Positions 11,799 through 21,748 of a stretch of DNA of 64,000 nt are shown here, one piece after another. This stretch comes from an uncultured Bacilli bacterium. Lineage in GTDB: Bacteria > Bacillota_I > Bacilli_A > RF39 > UBA660. The notes beneath the pieces are model-generated. The model saw only the letters and a program-made list of their open reading frames with translations. It was not told the DNA's origin and searched no databases. Positions within the stretch are counted from its first letter, which is position 1, and every line of letters starts with the position of its first letter. Where the stretch lies: positions 1,781 to 65,780 of the forward strand of contig CANQIK010000001.1 in assembly GCA_947624085.1 (NCBI GenBank), read 5' to 3'. A program made the position numbers and the translations under genes.

Positions 11799-12638
11799 AT
11801 GGAAAAGGTTAAATTTAAAAGAAAACGTTTTAAATTACTTAAGAAAATATTTCTTCTTATTATCTTTTTCACTTTTATTTATTTTATTGGCAGTAGAATA
11901 AAACTAAGCCATAAGTACATTAAATTTTTAACTAATACATATCTTGATATAAAACTAACGGAAAATCCTGTTAAAGAAAATACTATTCCCGTGGTTAAAG
12001 ATGAAAATATACCGCAACAATATCAAGTATATATCTATAATACTCATCCCAAAGAAATTTATTCCTATCAAAAACTTAATAATTATAATTTAGATTATAA
12101 TGTAAATTACGCAGCCCATATGTTTTCTTTTTATCTTGAAGATGAAGGTATTGGCACTTTAGTAGAGGATAATGACATAACAGCTTATATGAATAGTAAT
12201 AATATGAATTATTATGAAAGCTATCTTGCAAGTAGGCATTTTTTAGAACAAAGTTATGCTCAGTATCCTGACTTAGAAATTTTTATAGATTTACATCGGG
12301 ACGCAGCTCCTTATGAAGCCACGACAACAACTATTGATGGTAAAAAATATGCTAGAGTATTATTTATTCTTGGCTTAGAAAATCCTAATTATGTTGAAAA
12401 TAGTAAATTAATAAATTACCTAAATGATAAACTTAAAAGTTTTGAACCTTCTTTGACAAGAGGAATAATGGAAAAAGAAGGCGATGGGGTAGATGGTGTT
12501 TATAACCAAGATTTTAATTCTCATGTTATTTTAATCGAAGTTGGGGGCTCATACAATTATATTGATGAAGTAGATAATACCTTAAAAGTTCTAGCTAAAA
12601 TTATTAAAGAATATATAAAAACAGGAGAAGAAGTATGA
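11799..12638 (+). CDS. spoIIP: Stage II sporulation protein P (SpoIIP amidase/endopeptidase)
   Basis: N-terminal TM segment, then IFIDLHRDA ... ILIEVGG motifs. The rpsT/spoIIP/lepA neighbourhood matches Bacillus. Start taken at ATG 11799 (MEKVKFKRK). Confidence 0.85.
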   Translation: MEKVKFKRKRFKLLKKIFLLIIFFTFIYFIGSRIKLSHKYIKFLTNTYLDIKLTENPVKENTIPVVKDENIPQQYQVYIYNTHPKEIYSYQKLNNYNLDYNVNYAAHMFSFYLEDEGIGTLVEDNDITAYMNSNNMNYYESYLASRHFLEQSYAQYPDLEIFIDLHRDAAPYEATTTTIDGKKYARVLFILGLENPNYVENSKLINYLNDKLKSFEPSLTRGIMEKEGDGVDGVYNQDFNSHVILIEVGGSYNYIDEVDNTLKVLAKIIKEYIKTGEEV

Positions 12639-12961
12639 AAAAGAAAAAATTACATCCTATCCTAAAGATTTTAATTGTGCTCTTTGTTTTTTACGTTATT
12701 TTATATTCTTTAGCAAAAACGGGTTATTATGATAAACGTATTCGGGATAAAACTACTTTTACAGAGCAACAAATTGCTCAGTTTGAAGCTGATATTGCTG
12801 CGGGTAATAATGTTGATACCCAAAAATATTTGCCTGAGGTACATGATTACTCAAATGTTTTGACGCGAAGTGCTAATGCTATTACCCATAAATTATCGCT
12901 TTTACTTACTAATAATTCGCAAAATATTATTGATTTTATTAAAGCCTTATTCATCGGTTAA
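12635..12961 (+). CDS. Small membrane protein, YqxA-like (DUF3679) by position
   Basis: 108 aa with one N-terminal TM segment. Its ATGA overlaps the spoIIP stop, and it lies between spoIIP and lepA exactly as yqxA does in Bacillus subtilis. Confidence 0.45.
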   Translation: MKKKKLHPILKILIVLFVFYVILYSLAKTGYYDKRIRDKTTFTEQQIAQFEADIAAGNNVDTQKYLPEVHDYSNVLTRSANAITHKLSLLLTNNSQNIIDFIKALFIG

Positions 12962-13010
12962 CCCTTTATTTATCTTTTATCTTTAGGTATAATATTAAGT
13001 GGTGATAGAA

Positions 13011-14807
13011 ATGGCAAATTCTCATATTCGTAATTTTTCAATTATAGCCCATATTGATCATGGTAAGAGTACTTTAGCAGACCGAATTTTGGAAATTTGT
13101 CATTTAGTAGATAAAAGACAAATGCAAGATCAAATGCTTGATAATATGGAACTGGAAAGAGAAAGAGGCATAACAATTAAGCTTAATACTGTTAAACTTA
13201 ATTGTAATTATGAAGGCGAAAATTATACTTTAAATTTAATTGATACTCCTGGCCATGTTGATTTTTCTTATGAAGTATCCCGTTCTTTAGCGGCTTGTGA
13301 AGGCGCTATTTTGGTCGTTGACGCTTCGCAAGGAATTGAAGCTCAAACCTTAGCTAATTTATATTTAGCAATGGAAGATGATTTAACAATTATTCCTGTT
13401 CTTAATAAAATTGATTTACCTAATGCCAATGTACCTAAAGTAAAAAAAGAATTAATGGATGTTTTAGGCTTTAAAGAAGATGAAATTTTACTAGTAAGTG
13501 GTAAGACCGGCGAGGGGGTTAAAGAATTACTTGATGAAGTTGTTAAAAAGATTAAACCGCCGATAATAGATAAACAGTCACCTTTAAAAGCTTTAATATT
13601 TGATAGTTATTTTGATCCTTATAAAGGGGTTGTTTTATTAGTTAAAATTGTTGATGGCATAGTTAAAGTAAAAGATCAAATTAAGATGATGGCTATGGAT
13701 TCCGTTTTTGAAGTAACGGAGGTAGGAGTTCATACCTTAAATTATGAAAGCCTTGATGTTTTAGAAAGTGGTATGGTTGGCTATATTTGTGCTTCTATTA
13801 AAGATATTGCTAAAGTTGCGGTTGGTGATACCATTACTTTAGCTAATAAACCTGCCTTGGAGCCCTTAAAAGGGTATAAAAAAATGAAACCGATGGTTTT
13901 CTCAGGTATCTTTCCAACGGAGTCAAGTCGCTATGATGAACTTAAAGATGCTTTAGAAAAATTAAAACTCAATGATGCTTCCCTTACTATTGAACCCGAA
14001 ACTTCTGCGGCCTTAGGCTTTGGTTTTCGAACTGGGTTCTTAGGACTTTTACATATGGATATTATTTTAACCCGTTTAGAAAGAGAATTTAACTTAGATA
14101 CTATAGCTACATCGCCATCAGTTATTTATCGTGTTACTTTAACTGGGGGCGAAACTTTAGAGATTGACTCGCCTAATAAAATGCCGGATAAAACCAAGAT
14201 TGTAAAAATTGAAGAACCATATATCTATACAAATATAATCGCTCCCTCTGAATTTATTGGACCTATTATGACGCTATGCCAAAACAAAAGAGGAATATTT
14301 AAAACCACAGATTATATTAATGAAAATAGAGTTAATATTCATTATGAAATTCCTTTAGGGGAAATAGTTTATGATTTTTATGATAAATTAAAAAGTATGA
14401 CAAAAGGTTATGCTTCATTTGACTATGAGTTATGCGGATATAAAGATAGTAAGTTAGTTAAAATGGATATTTTATTAAATGGGGATGCTGTAGATGCCTT
14501 ATCAATTATTGTTCATGAATCAATGGCGTATAATAAAGGACGTAGTATTGTCCAAAAGTTACGTAAATTAATTCCAAGACAAAACTTTGAAGTTCCTATT
14601 CAAGCTAGTATTGGGTCCAAAATTATAGCTAGAGAAAATATTGCTGCGCTACGAAAAAATGTCCTTGCTAAATGTTATGGGGGCGATGTTTCGCGGAAAA
14701 GAAAGTTATTAGAAAAGCAAAAAGAAGGTAAAAAACGGATGAAAATGATAGGTTCGGTTGAAGTGCCTCAGGAAGCCTTTTTAGCCGTATTAAGTGAGGA
14801 TGAATAA
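13011..14807 (+). CDS. lepA: Elongation factor 4 (LepA)
   Basis: [20 protein letters not shown] and DTPGHVDF G-domain motifs, with the conserved LepA C-terminus. Start ATG 13011 follows GGTGAT. Confidence 0.97.
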   Translation: MANSHIRNFSIIAHIDHGKSTLADRILEICHLVDKRQMQDQMLDNMELERERGITIKLNTVKLNCNYEGENYTLNLIDTPGHVDFSYEVSRSLAACEGAILVVDASQGIEAQTLANLYLAMEDDLTIIPVLNKIDLPNANVPKVKKELMDVLGFKEDEILLVSGKTGEGVKELLDEVVKKIKPPIIDKQSPLKALIFDSYFDPYKGVVLLVKIVDGIVKVKDQIKMMAMDSVFEVTEVGVHTLNYESLDVLESGMVGYICASIKDIAKVAVGDTITLANKPALEPLKGYKKMKPMVFSGIFPTESSRYDELKDALEKLKLNDASLTIEPETSAALGFGFRTGFLGLLHMDIILTRLEREFNLDTIATSPSVIYRVTLTGGETLEIDSPNKMPDKTKIVKIEEPYIYTNIIAPSEFIGPIMTLCQNKRGIFKTTDYINENRVNIHYEIPLGEIVYDFYDKLKSMTKGYASFDYELCGYKDSKLVKMDILLNGDAVDALSIIVHESMAYNKGRSIVQKLRKLIPRQNFEVPIQASIGSKIIARENIAALRKNVLAKCYGGDVSRKRKLLEKQKEGKKRMKMIGSVEVPQEAFLAVLSEDE

Positions 14808-15277
14808 TGAAAGAAAAATTAATTAATGAAATAGTAACTTATATTGTTGAAGAACCTTGTCATGATATAACCCAAACTGCCAAACATTTTGGCTACTCAC
14901 GGGCAAATATTAATAAATATCTTGCTTTGCTTTCTAATCCCTCTAGCGAATATTATAATCAATATAAAGCTATGCGTGTTAAACTATGTTTAGAAAAGTT
15001 ATTAATAGAATCTCGTTCGCGAGCAGGTAGTAAAAGTCGCAGAAAAAGTTGCTTAACGCAAGCTGAAACTTTAGAAGCGCGATTTAAAAATTTGTATTTA
15101 AGAATTCCGTTACGGACTCTTGGTAAGTATTATCATTGTTCACATATGACGGTCTACAAGGCTATAAATAATTTGCCGGAAAGAGTTATTCGAGCTCAAG
15201 ATGAAGAATTAGCTACACTGAAAGAGGCTCCTGATTTTTCATCATTTGAAGAAAGCGATATAACATGGAAAAGATAA
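14807..15277 (+). CDS. Hypothetical protein with two HTH-like segments
   Basis: TQTAKHFGYSRANINKYL and LGKYYHCSHMTVYKAINNL resemble helix-turn-helix units. The start overlaps the lepA stop (TAATG) and the 3' end overlaps the hemW start by 13 nt. Confidence 0.55.
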   Translation: MKEKLINEIVTYIVEEPCHDITQTAKHFGYSRANINKYLALLSNPSSEYYNQYKAMRVKLCLEKLLIESRSRAGSKSRRKSCLTQAETLEARFKNLYLRIPLRTLGKYYHCSHMTVYKAINNLPERVIRAQDEELATLKEAPDFSSFEESDITWKR

Positions 15278-16356
15278 GAGCTGTATATATTCATATCCCT
15301 TTTTGTAAACAAATATGTTCATATTGTGATTTTTGTAAATTTTATTATGATAAAAAATGGGCTGATGAATATTTACAAGCTTTAGAAAAAGAAATTAGAG
15401 ACCGTTATATGGACGAAACGATTAGTAAAATCTATATAGGGGGTGGCACGCCAAGTTGTTTAAATAACGAGGAACTAGATTATTTATTTTCTACTATTAA
15501 GCTTATTAATTTAGCTGAAAATATTGAATTTACTTTTGAATGTAATCTAAATGATATAACGGAAGAACTTATCGATAAACTTTTGGCTAATCGCGTAAAT
15601 CGTTTAAGCATTGGAATTCAGTCTTTCGATGAAGATAATTTGAAATTTTTAGAGCGTGAAGCTTATTTTGCCGACGCCGAAAGTAAAATTGCCATGTGTA
15701 AAAGCAAGGGCCTTACCAATATTAATATTGATTTGATGTATGCTTTAGAGGGGCAAAGTATAAGAACATTAAAAAAAGATTTGAAATTATTTTTAAAACT
15801 TGATGTACCCCATATAAGTACCTATAGTTTAATGATTGAGCCTAATACTAAACTTGCTGTTAAAAAGGTCCAAGCTATTAGTGAAGACTTAGACGCTAAA
15901 ATGTATGATATAATTCGTAAAACTTTAAAAAATGCGGGATATGACCATTATGAAGTAAGTAATTTTGCGAAGCCAGGATATGAAAGCAAACATAATTTAA
16001 CTTATTGGAATAATGAAGAATATTATGGCTTTGGTTTAGGAGCAAGTGGTTATACTTTTCAAATTAGATATACAAATACGCGGAGTCTTACTAAGTATAT
16101 AGGAGGCAACTATGTTATGGAAAAAGAAATTCTTGGTGAAAAAGAAATGATGGATTATGAGTTAATACTTGGTCTTAGAAAAACTAAAGGTATTAATTTA
16201 AAACATTTCTATGATAAATTTAATGTTAATTTGCAAAACCAATATCCAGTTGATGAGTTAGTCAAAGCGGGCGATTTAATATATGAAGATGGTAATATTT
16301 TTATAAATCCGGACAAACTATATATAATGAATGAAATATTAATTAAATTAGTTTGA
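15265..16356 (+). CDS. hemW: Radical SAM heme chaperone HemW (HemN-like, oxygen-independent coproporphyrinogen oxidase family)
   Basis: YIHIPFCKQICSYCDF (CxxxCxxC). It lies downstream of lepA, as in Bacillus. Confidence 0.9.
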   Translation: MEKIRAVYIHIPFCKQICSYCDFCKFYYDKKWADEYLQALEKEIRDRYMDETISKIYIGGGTPSCLNNEELDYLFSTIKLINLAENIEFTFECNLNDITEELIDKLLANRVNRLSIGIQSFDEDNLKFLEREAYFADAESKIAMCKSKGLTNINIDLMYALEGQSIRTLKKDLKLFLKLDVPHISTYSLMIEPNTKLAVKKVQAISEDLDAKMYDIIRKTLKNAGYDHYEVSNFAKPGYESKHNLTYWNNEEYYGFGLGASGYTFQIRYTNTRSLTKYIGGNYVMEKEILGEKEMMDYELILGLRKTKGINLKHFYDKFNVNLQNQYPVDELVKAGDLIYEDGNIFINPDKLYIMNEILIKLV

Positions 16357-16368
16357 AGGATTGATAGT

Positions 16369-16752
16369 ATGTTAAATGATTTCACTGTTAAAAATGGCTA
16401 TATGACTTCAGAATTTAATCCTGAAGTCTTTTCTTATGAAATAGAGCTTGAGGAAGATGAAGATACTTTAGACTTTACTTATAATGCGACAGGTAAAGTT
16501 TCTATTTATGGAAATGATAATCTTACTTATGGTGATAATCATATTATTATTGAAGTTTATGATGAAAAAGTAGTTACCTATACTTTTTTAGTTCATAAAG
16601 AAAAAATTAAGGAAGCAAGTGCTATTCCAATGGAAATCCAAAGTCCAAGTATTAAAGATAATATTATTAATGATATCAAAACGCCGGGAATAGCAGTTTT
16701 AACTTTTTTAATTATTGCGATTTTATATTGCATTATTTTTAGGAAAAAATAA
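16369..16752 (+). CDS. Small protein with a cadherin-like beta-sandwich segment and a C-terminal TM anchor
   Basis: LNDFTVKNGYMTSEFNPEVFSYEIEL resembles the L..L.VS.G.LSP.F.P....Y pattern of cadherin-like beta-sandwich domains. C-terminal TM segment GIAVLTFLIIAILYCIIF. Confidence 0.45.
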   Translation: MLNDFTVKNGYMTSEFNPEVFSYEIELEEDEDTLDFTYNATGKVSIYGNDNLTYGDNHIIIEVYDEKVVTYTFLVHKEKIKEASAIPMEIQSPSIKDNIINDIKTPGIAVLTFLIIAILYCIIFRKK

Positions 16753-16765
16753 TATCATTTAATAG

Positions 16766-17371
16766 GTGATATCTATGCTTTATAAACTAATTGCTCATCG
16801 AGGTATAACTTCTATTGCTAAAGAAAATAGTTTAGAAGCGTTAATAAAAGCTACGGAAAGTGATTGTGTAGGTTTTGAATGTGATGTAAGACCTAGTAAA
16901 GATAAAAAATTAGTTATTCATCATGATCCATTATACCATGGTAATTTAGTTATCAATACTAAATATAAAGATATGAAAAAAGATAATATTGCTCTTTTAG
17001 AGGATGTATTAAATATTAAAACAGATAAAATCATAGTTATTGATGTTAAGTATCCTTTTATAGATATTGATGCCTTACATGAAAAACTTGCTAAACATCA
17101 CGATAAAAAAATTTATGTTATATCTTTTTATGATAATGTTATTAAGAAATTATTTGCTAAAAAAAGAGAATATAAAGTAGGAATTTTGAATTATGTTTTA
17201 AATACTGCTGATCATCATTTTAGCTATGATTTTGTATGCCTTTTATTAAATCTTACAAGTGATAGTTTAATTGAACGTTTTAAAAAACTCAATAAAGAAG
17301 TTTTTATCTATGGCGTTGATGATAAAAATAAAATAACTAACTTTTATCCTTATTATATCCTTGATTTATAG
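16766..17371 (+). CDS. Glycerophosphodiester phosphodiesterase family protein
   Basis: IAHRG...ENSLEAL...ECDVRPSKDKKLVIHHD are GDPD motifs. Confidence 0.75.
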   Translation: MISMLYKLIAHRGITSIAKENSLEALIKATESDCVGFECDVRPSKDKKLVIHHDPLYHGNLVINTKYKDMKKDNIALLEDVLNIKTDKIIVIDVKYPFIDIDALHEKLAKHHDKKIYVISFYDNVIKKLFAKKREYKVGILNYVLNTADHHFSYDFVCLLLNLTSDSLIERFKKLNKEVFIYGVDDKNKITNFYPYYILDL

Positions 17372-17442
17372 TGTAAATAAAGCGCTATTAATTTGTAAAA
17401 TAAAGACCTAGATATTATAATTAAAGTAAGGTGAGATAAGCT

Positions 17443-18525
17443 ATGAATATCGTTATTAGTGCTGGGGGAACGGGAGGACATATTTATCCCGCGATAGCTA
17501 TTATTAATAAATTTAAAGAAAAAGATAAAAAGACAAATATTTTATATATAGGTACACATAATCGTATGGAAAAAGATCTTATTCCTCAACTGGGTATTAG
17601 ATATGAAGAGTTAGAAATATACGGTTTTAGTACTAAATTAATTGGCCGGGATATTAAAAATATTTTTTTAATTAAAAAAGCTCAAAAGAAATGTCAAAAA
17701 TTATTTCAAGATTTTAAACCTGATGTTGTAATTGGGGCAGGAGGCTATGTTACCATGCCGGTTTTATCGACGGCTTTTAAAATGAAAATTCCGGTTGTGA
17801 TTCATGAACAAAATAGTGTGCCAGGGAAAACAAATAGATATTTAGCAAGTAAAGCTAATTTAGTTTGTGTATCTTATGAAACTAGTAAGCAATATTTTAA
17901 AAAAGCGCCAAAGGTTGTTTATACAGGTAATCCTTGTGGTGAAAATGCTTTAAAAGGTCCGAAGCTTACAAAAGAAAGCTTAGGCTTAGCAAAAGATAAA
18001 AAACTAGTTTTAATTGTTTCTGGTTCCCTTGGTAGTAATACAATAAATTCCTTTTTTAAAAAAGTATTATCAAGAGTAGATGATAGTGCTAATTATGAAG
18101 TTTTATATATTACGGGTAAAGCTTATTATGAAGAATTTAGCAAAGATACAACTTTTAGTAAGAATGTAAAAATAATCCCTTACTTAGATAATATGGCGGG
18201 TTTACTTCATTGTGTTGATTTAATTATATCGCGAGCCGGAGCAGGTACTTTAGCCGAGATTTTAGCTACCCAAATTCCTAGTATAATTATCCCTTCACCA
18301 TATGTTGCTAATAATCATCAATATTATAATGCGTTAGATTTAAAAAATAAAAAGGTAAGTATTATGATTGAAGAAAAAGATTTAGATGATAAAAAAATGT
18401 ATGAGTTAATTACCGCTTTACTAAAGGAAAATGAAACATATAAACAAATGCAAGAAAATCTTAGAGATATAAATATGAAAAATTCATCAGATATAATTTA
18501 TAATGAAATAAAGAAGGTGATATAA
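17443..18525 (+). CDS. murG: UDP-N-acetylglucosamine--N-acetylmuramyl-(pentapeptide) pyrophosphoryl-undecaprenol GlcNAc transferase
   Basis: GGTGGHIYPA N-terminal motif, 360 aa, followed by murB and divIB. Confidence 0.93.
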   Translation: MNIVISAGGTGGHIYPAIAIINKFKEKDKKTNILYIGTHNRMEKDLIPQLGIRYEELEIYGFSTKLIGRDIKNIFLIKKAQKKCQKLFQDFKPDVVIGAGGYVTMPVLSTAFKMKIPVVIHEQNSVPGKTNRYLASKANLVCVSYETSKQYFKKAPKVVYTGNPCGENALKGPKLTKESLGLAKDKKLVLIVSGSLGSNTINSFFKKVLSRVDDSANYEVLYITGKAYYEEFSKDTTFSKNVKIIPYLDNMAGLLHCVDLIISRAGAGTLAEILATQIPSIIIPSPYVANNHQYYNALDLKNKKVSIMIEEKDLDDKKMYELITALLKENETYKQMQENLRDINMKNSSDIIYNEIKKVI

Positions 18526-19398
18526 GTGGATAACTATGGTATTGTTTTAGAAAATGTAAATTTAAAAGAACTATCAACTATTAATATTGGTGGTAAAGCT
18601 AAATATTTAGTAAGACCTTTTTCCTATGTTGATTTAGGTAAATTACTTGATTTCTTAGACGACAATAATATGCAATATTATGTTTTGGGTAATGCTTCAA
18701 ATGTTATTTTAGATGATGGTTATTTTGACGGCGTAATTATTAAGTTAGATGAGTTTAATGATATTGAAATTGAAGGAACAAAGGTAACTGCAGGGGCTGG
18801 GGTTATGCTACCAAAACTTGTTAATGTATGTTTACAAAAAGAACTTGTTTCATTAGCTTTCTTTTCGATGATTCCCGGCACTGTGGGAGGTTCAGTAGTA
18901 GGTAATGCCGGAGCTTATGGCCATGAAATAATGGAATATGTAAAAGAAGTTAAGGTAATTGATAAGAATCATAAAATTAAAACAATCTCCAAAGAAGATA
19001 TTTCTTTTGGCTACCGCTATACATCACTTAAAGATAATTATATCGTTTTAAGCGTAACGTTTATTTGTGAAAAAGGTAATCCTCTTGAAGTTTTAAGTGA
19101 AATTCAAACCAGAAATGAAAAACGGAAAAATACCCAACCATTAGATAAGCCAAGTGTTGGTAGTATTTTCCGAAATCCAGAAGATATTCCCGCGGGTAGA
19201 CTTATAGAAGAATTAGGGTTAAAAGGCACTTCGGTAGGAGGAGCGATGGTTAGTGAAAAACACGCTAATTTCATTGTTAATGAAAATAATGCGACCTTTG
19301 ATGATATAATTAAATTAATAGATAAAATAAAAAAAGAATGTAAAGAAAAAAGAAATATTGATTTAGTATTAGAACCTACTATTGTAAGATGGAAGTAA
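18526..19398 (+). CDS. murB: UDP-N-acetylenolpyruvoylglucosamine reductase
   Basis: FAD-binding domain with GGKAKYLV...GNASNV, and the C-terminal GSIFRNP...AGRLIE motif. Confidence 0.9.
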   Translation: MDNYGIVLENVNLKELSTINIGGKAKYLVRPFSYVDLGKLLDFLDDNNMQYYVLGNASNVILDDGYFDGVIIKLDEFNDIEIEGTKVTAGAGVMLPKLVNVCLQKELVSLAFFSMIPGTVGGSVVGNAGAYGHEIMEYVKEVKVIDKNHKIKTISKEDISFGYRYTSLKDNYIVLSVTFICEKGNPLEVLSEIQTRNEKRKNTQPLDKPSVGSIFRNPEDIPAGRLIEELGLKGTSVGGAMVSEKHANFIVNENNATFDDIIKLIDKIKKECKEKRNIDLVLEPTIVRWK

Positions 19399-19402
19399 TA
19401 TT

Positions 19403-20155
19403 ATGAAAAAAAACGGTAAAAAGGTAAGAAGAAAGATACGTATAAGTGGCATTATATTAATTATTTTAGTAATTTATTTAGTAGCTATGTGTGGTTACTA
19501 CCTTTTTACAGTGAAAATAAAAAGTATTAATGTTAAAGGACTTAATTATTTGACAGAAAATGAAGTTTTAACCTCGGCCGATATTGATTTAGATACTTCA
19601 ATATTTAAAGTTTTAACATCATCGGCGAAAAAGAAAATAGAAAAGTTACCTTTAGTTAAAAATGCTAAAGTTCATATTAACTTTGATGGGGAAGTAGTAA
19701 TTGAAATTGAAGAAAATAAAATATTATTTTTGAATGCTTTAGATAATAAGATTGTTCTTGAAAAAGGTAAAACAATTGCTAATAAAGATTATAAGGGTGT
19801 CCCTATTTTAGTTAATTATGTTAAATCCGAAGCTTATGATAATTTAGTTGAAGCCTTAGGTAAAATTGATCGTGATATCTTATATATGATTAGTGAAATA
19901 GAGTATAAGCCAGATGAATATAATGGACTAATATTAGATGAAGAAAGATTTCTTTTACGAATGAATGATGGCAATTTAGTATTTATAAATAATGTTAATA
20001 TTGAAAAATTAAATAAGTATCAATCCATTTATGCTTCTGTAGGAAGTGGAGGTGTGTTATACTTAGACAGTAACAGCGACAATTATATCTTTAATATTTA
20101 TACTGAAGATGGTAATGTAACTGAACAATCAGGGGAAATTAATGATGAAAACTAA
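19403..20155 (+). CDS. divIB: Cell division protein DivIB/FtsQ
   Basis: Basic N-terminus, one TM segment, and a POTRA-like segment (IKSINVKGLNYLTENEV). It lies after murG-murB. Confidence 0.75.
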   Translation: MKKNGKKVRRKIRISGIILIILVIYLVAMCGYYLFTVKIKSINVKGLNYLTENEVLTSADIDLDTSIFKVLTSSAKKKIEKLPLVKNAKVHINFDGEVVIEIEENKILFLNALDNKIVLEKGKTIANKDYKGVPILVNYVKSEAYDNLVEALGKIDRDILYMISEIEYKPDEYNGLILDEERFLLRMNDGNLVFINNVNIEKLNKYQSIYASVGSGGVLYLDSNSDNYIFNIYTEDGNVTEQSGEINDEN

Positions 20156-20756
20156 TTATAATGAACAAATGAATAATATTATCGCTTCTTTAAACTATCA
20201 ACCCAAAATATTACTTCATTCTTGCTGTGGGCCATGTTCAACTCAGTGTATAGCTAGACTCACGCCTTATTTTAATATTACTATTTTATATTATAATCCT
20301 AATATAGAACCTCAAGAAGAGTATTTAAAAAGGAAAAAAGAACAAATACGATTATTAAATGAGATAGACCATCAAAATAATTTAGATATTATGGATTGTG
20401 ATTATGCTAATGAAGACTTTCGGGATATTGTCCCTGGACTTGAACAAGAACCGGAGGGTGGAGCACGTTGTCATCACTGCTATGAATTAAGGCTTCGAAA
20501 AACGGCGCTTTTAGCTAAAGAAAATGGTTATGAGTATTTTGGAACAACCTTAACAGTAAGCCCTTATAAAAATGCGGAAGTTATTAATAAGTTGGGTGCT
20601 AAAATAGCGGATGAGTTAAATATTAAATTTTTATTTAGTGATTTTAAAAAAGAAGATGGGTATAAAAAATCTATCGAGTATTCTAAAAAGTATCAATTAT
20701 ATCGACAAAATTATTGTGGGTGTTTATTTAGTAAGCAAATAAATGCTCAAGAGTAA
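20142..20756 (+). CDS. queH: Epoxyqueuosine reductase QueH (DUF208)
   Basis: LLHSCCGPCS, CHHCYELRL and YCGC cysteine motifs. Confidence 0.85.
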   Translation: MMKTNYNEQMNNIIASLNYQPKILLHSCCGPCSTQCIARLTPYFNITILYYNPNIEPQEEYLKRKKEQIRLLNEIDHQNNLDIMDCDYANEDFRDIVPGLEQEPEGGARCHHCYELRLRKTALLAKENGYEYFGTTLTVSPYKNAEVINKLGAKIADELNIKFLFSDFKKEDGYKKSIEYSKKYQLYRQNYCGCLFSKQINAQE

Positions 20757-20856
20757 TAAAAAAATTGCCAAGGTTAAACTTTCAGAGTAAATCTTTTATT
20801 TGCTTTTATGAAGCTTTTGAGCTATTATATAGGCTAGTTCAAAAGGGGTGCTTTGG

Positions 20857-21561
20857 ATGGTCAAAAACTTACAAAAAATAAAATGGGATTTATATAAGTA
20901 TAAATCCAAAAAACTATTATTATGGGGCTTAAAACATCGATATATTGCTCCTTATAATGATAAATTAATAGAAAAATTAAGAACTATATATGATGGTGGA
21001 ATACCCGCATCAATACTTTTGCTGTCAGATGGAATGTCTAATGGGCATTGTTATGATAGAGCCCTTTTGATGGCTAGAGCTTTTTTAGATGAAAAATATG
21101 ATGTAAAGCTTTTATATGGCTCAATAGATGGTATAAGATTAAATCCCAAATATATAGCTGATACTGATTCTTCATATGCAGATCATTGTTTTGTTGAGGT
21201 GACTTTGGAAAGTGGCAGATCTATTATTATTGATACATCATCAGGTCTTGTATTTGATAAAAGTCTGTATTGGCTAATAGAACATCCTAAAATAAGAAAA
21301 ATTAATAAAAGAGATTCAATCATTAAATTTGTTGAATCAGATGAATATTACCATCCTGAAGATATCGAAAGAGATAAGTATGCTATGCCTTTAATATTGC
21401 CAATGATTGAAATGACTTATGGTAGACCTAACGAAACATATTCCCTGTTAGGTATAGAATTATTACAAAGAGAAATCGAACATTTCAAAGGAGTTATTAA
21501 TTATGAAGGCGTTTGTCAAGAAATAGATGAAGATATGAGAAGATTGGGACTAAGAAAGTAA
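20857..21561 (+). CDS. Hypothetical cytoplasmic protein; a Cys-His-Asp order hints at a transglutaminase/papain-like fold
   Basis: NGHCYDRALLMARAF ... ADHCFVEV ... IIDTS. ATG 20857 lies 8 nt after AAAGGGG. The fold idea is inference only. Confidence 0.4.
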   Translation: MVKNLQKIKWDLYKYKSKKLLLWGLKHRYIAPYNDKLIEKLRTIYDGGIPASILLLSDGMSNGHCYDRALLMARAFLDEKYDVKLLYGSIDGIRLNPKYIADTDSSYADHCFVEVTLESGRSIIIDTSSGLVFDKSLYWLIEHPKIRKINKRDSIIKFVESDEYYHPEDIERDKYAMPLILPMIEMTYGRPNETYSLLGIELLQREIEHFKGVINYEGVCQEIDEDMRRLGLRK

Positions 21562-21602
21562 TATCTTTAAAGAAATAAATTTTTTGGCTATTCATAAAAT
21601 AC

Positions 21603-21631
21603 TTGTATATGAGTATTTTTTTTGATACAAT
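21603..21631 (+). promoter_or_regulatory. Strong sigma-A promoter of the rpsB-tsf operon
   Basis: TTGTAT (21603-21608), a 17-nt spacer ending in TGa, then TACAAT (21626-21631), giving an extended -10. It is followed by a leader of about 115 nt. Confidence 0.6.
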
Positions 21632-21748
21632 ACTCGTGGCTCATAAAAGTCAAATAAACATTGGTATGGACTAAATTTGCGAGTGCACGAAGAGTGTGTA
21701 GATTTAGGTTGAAGTATCAAGGTGAAATAACGAAGGAGGGATATTTTT

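Noticed and set aside
21632-21748. The roughly 115-nt rpsB leader, considered as a possible structured autoregulatory RNA (S2-binding leader).
   Set aside because: I could only find a short imperfect hairpin (CTAAAT…ATTTAG, about 21672-21709). Without covariation data this is not enough to call an RNA element.
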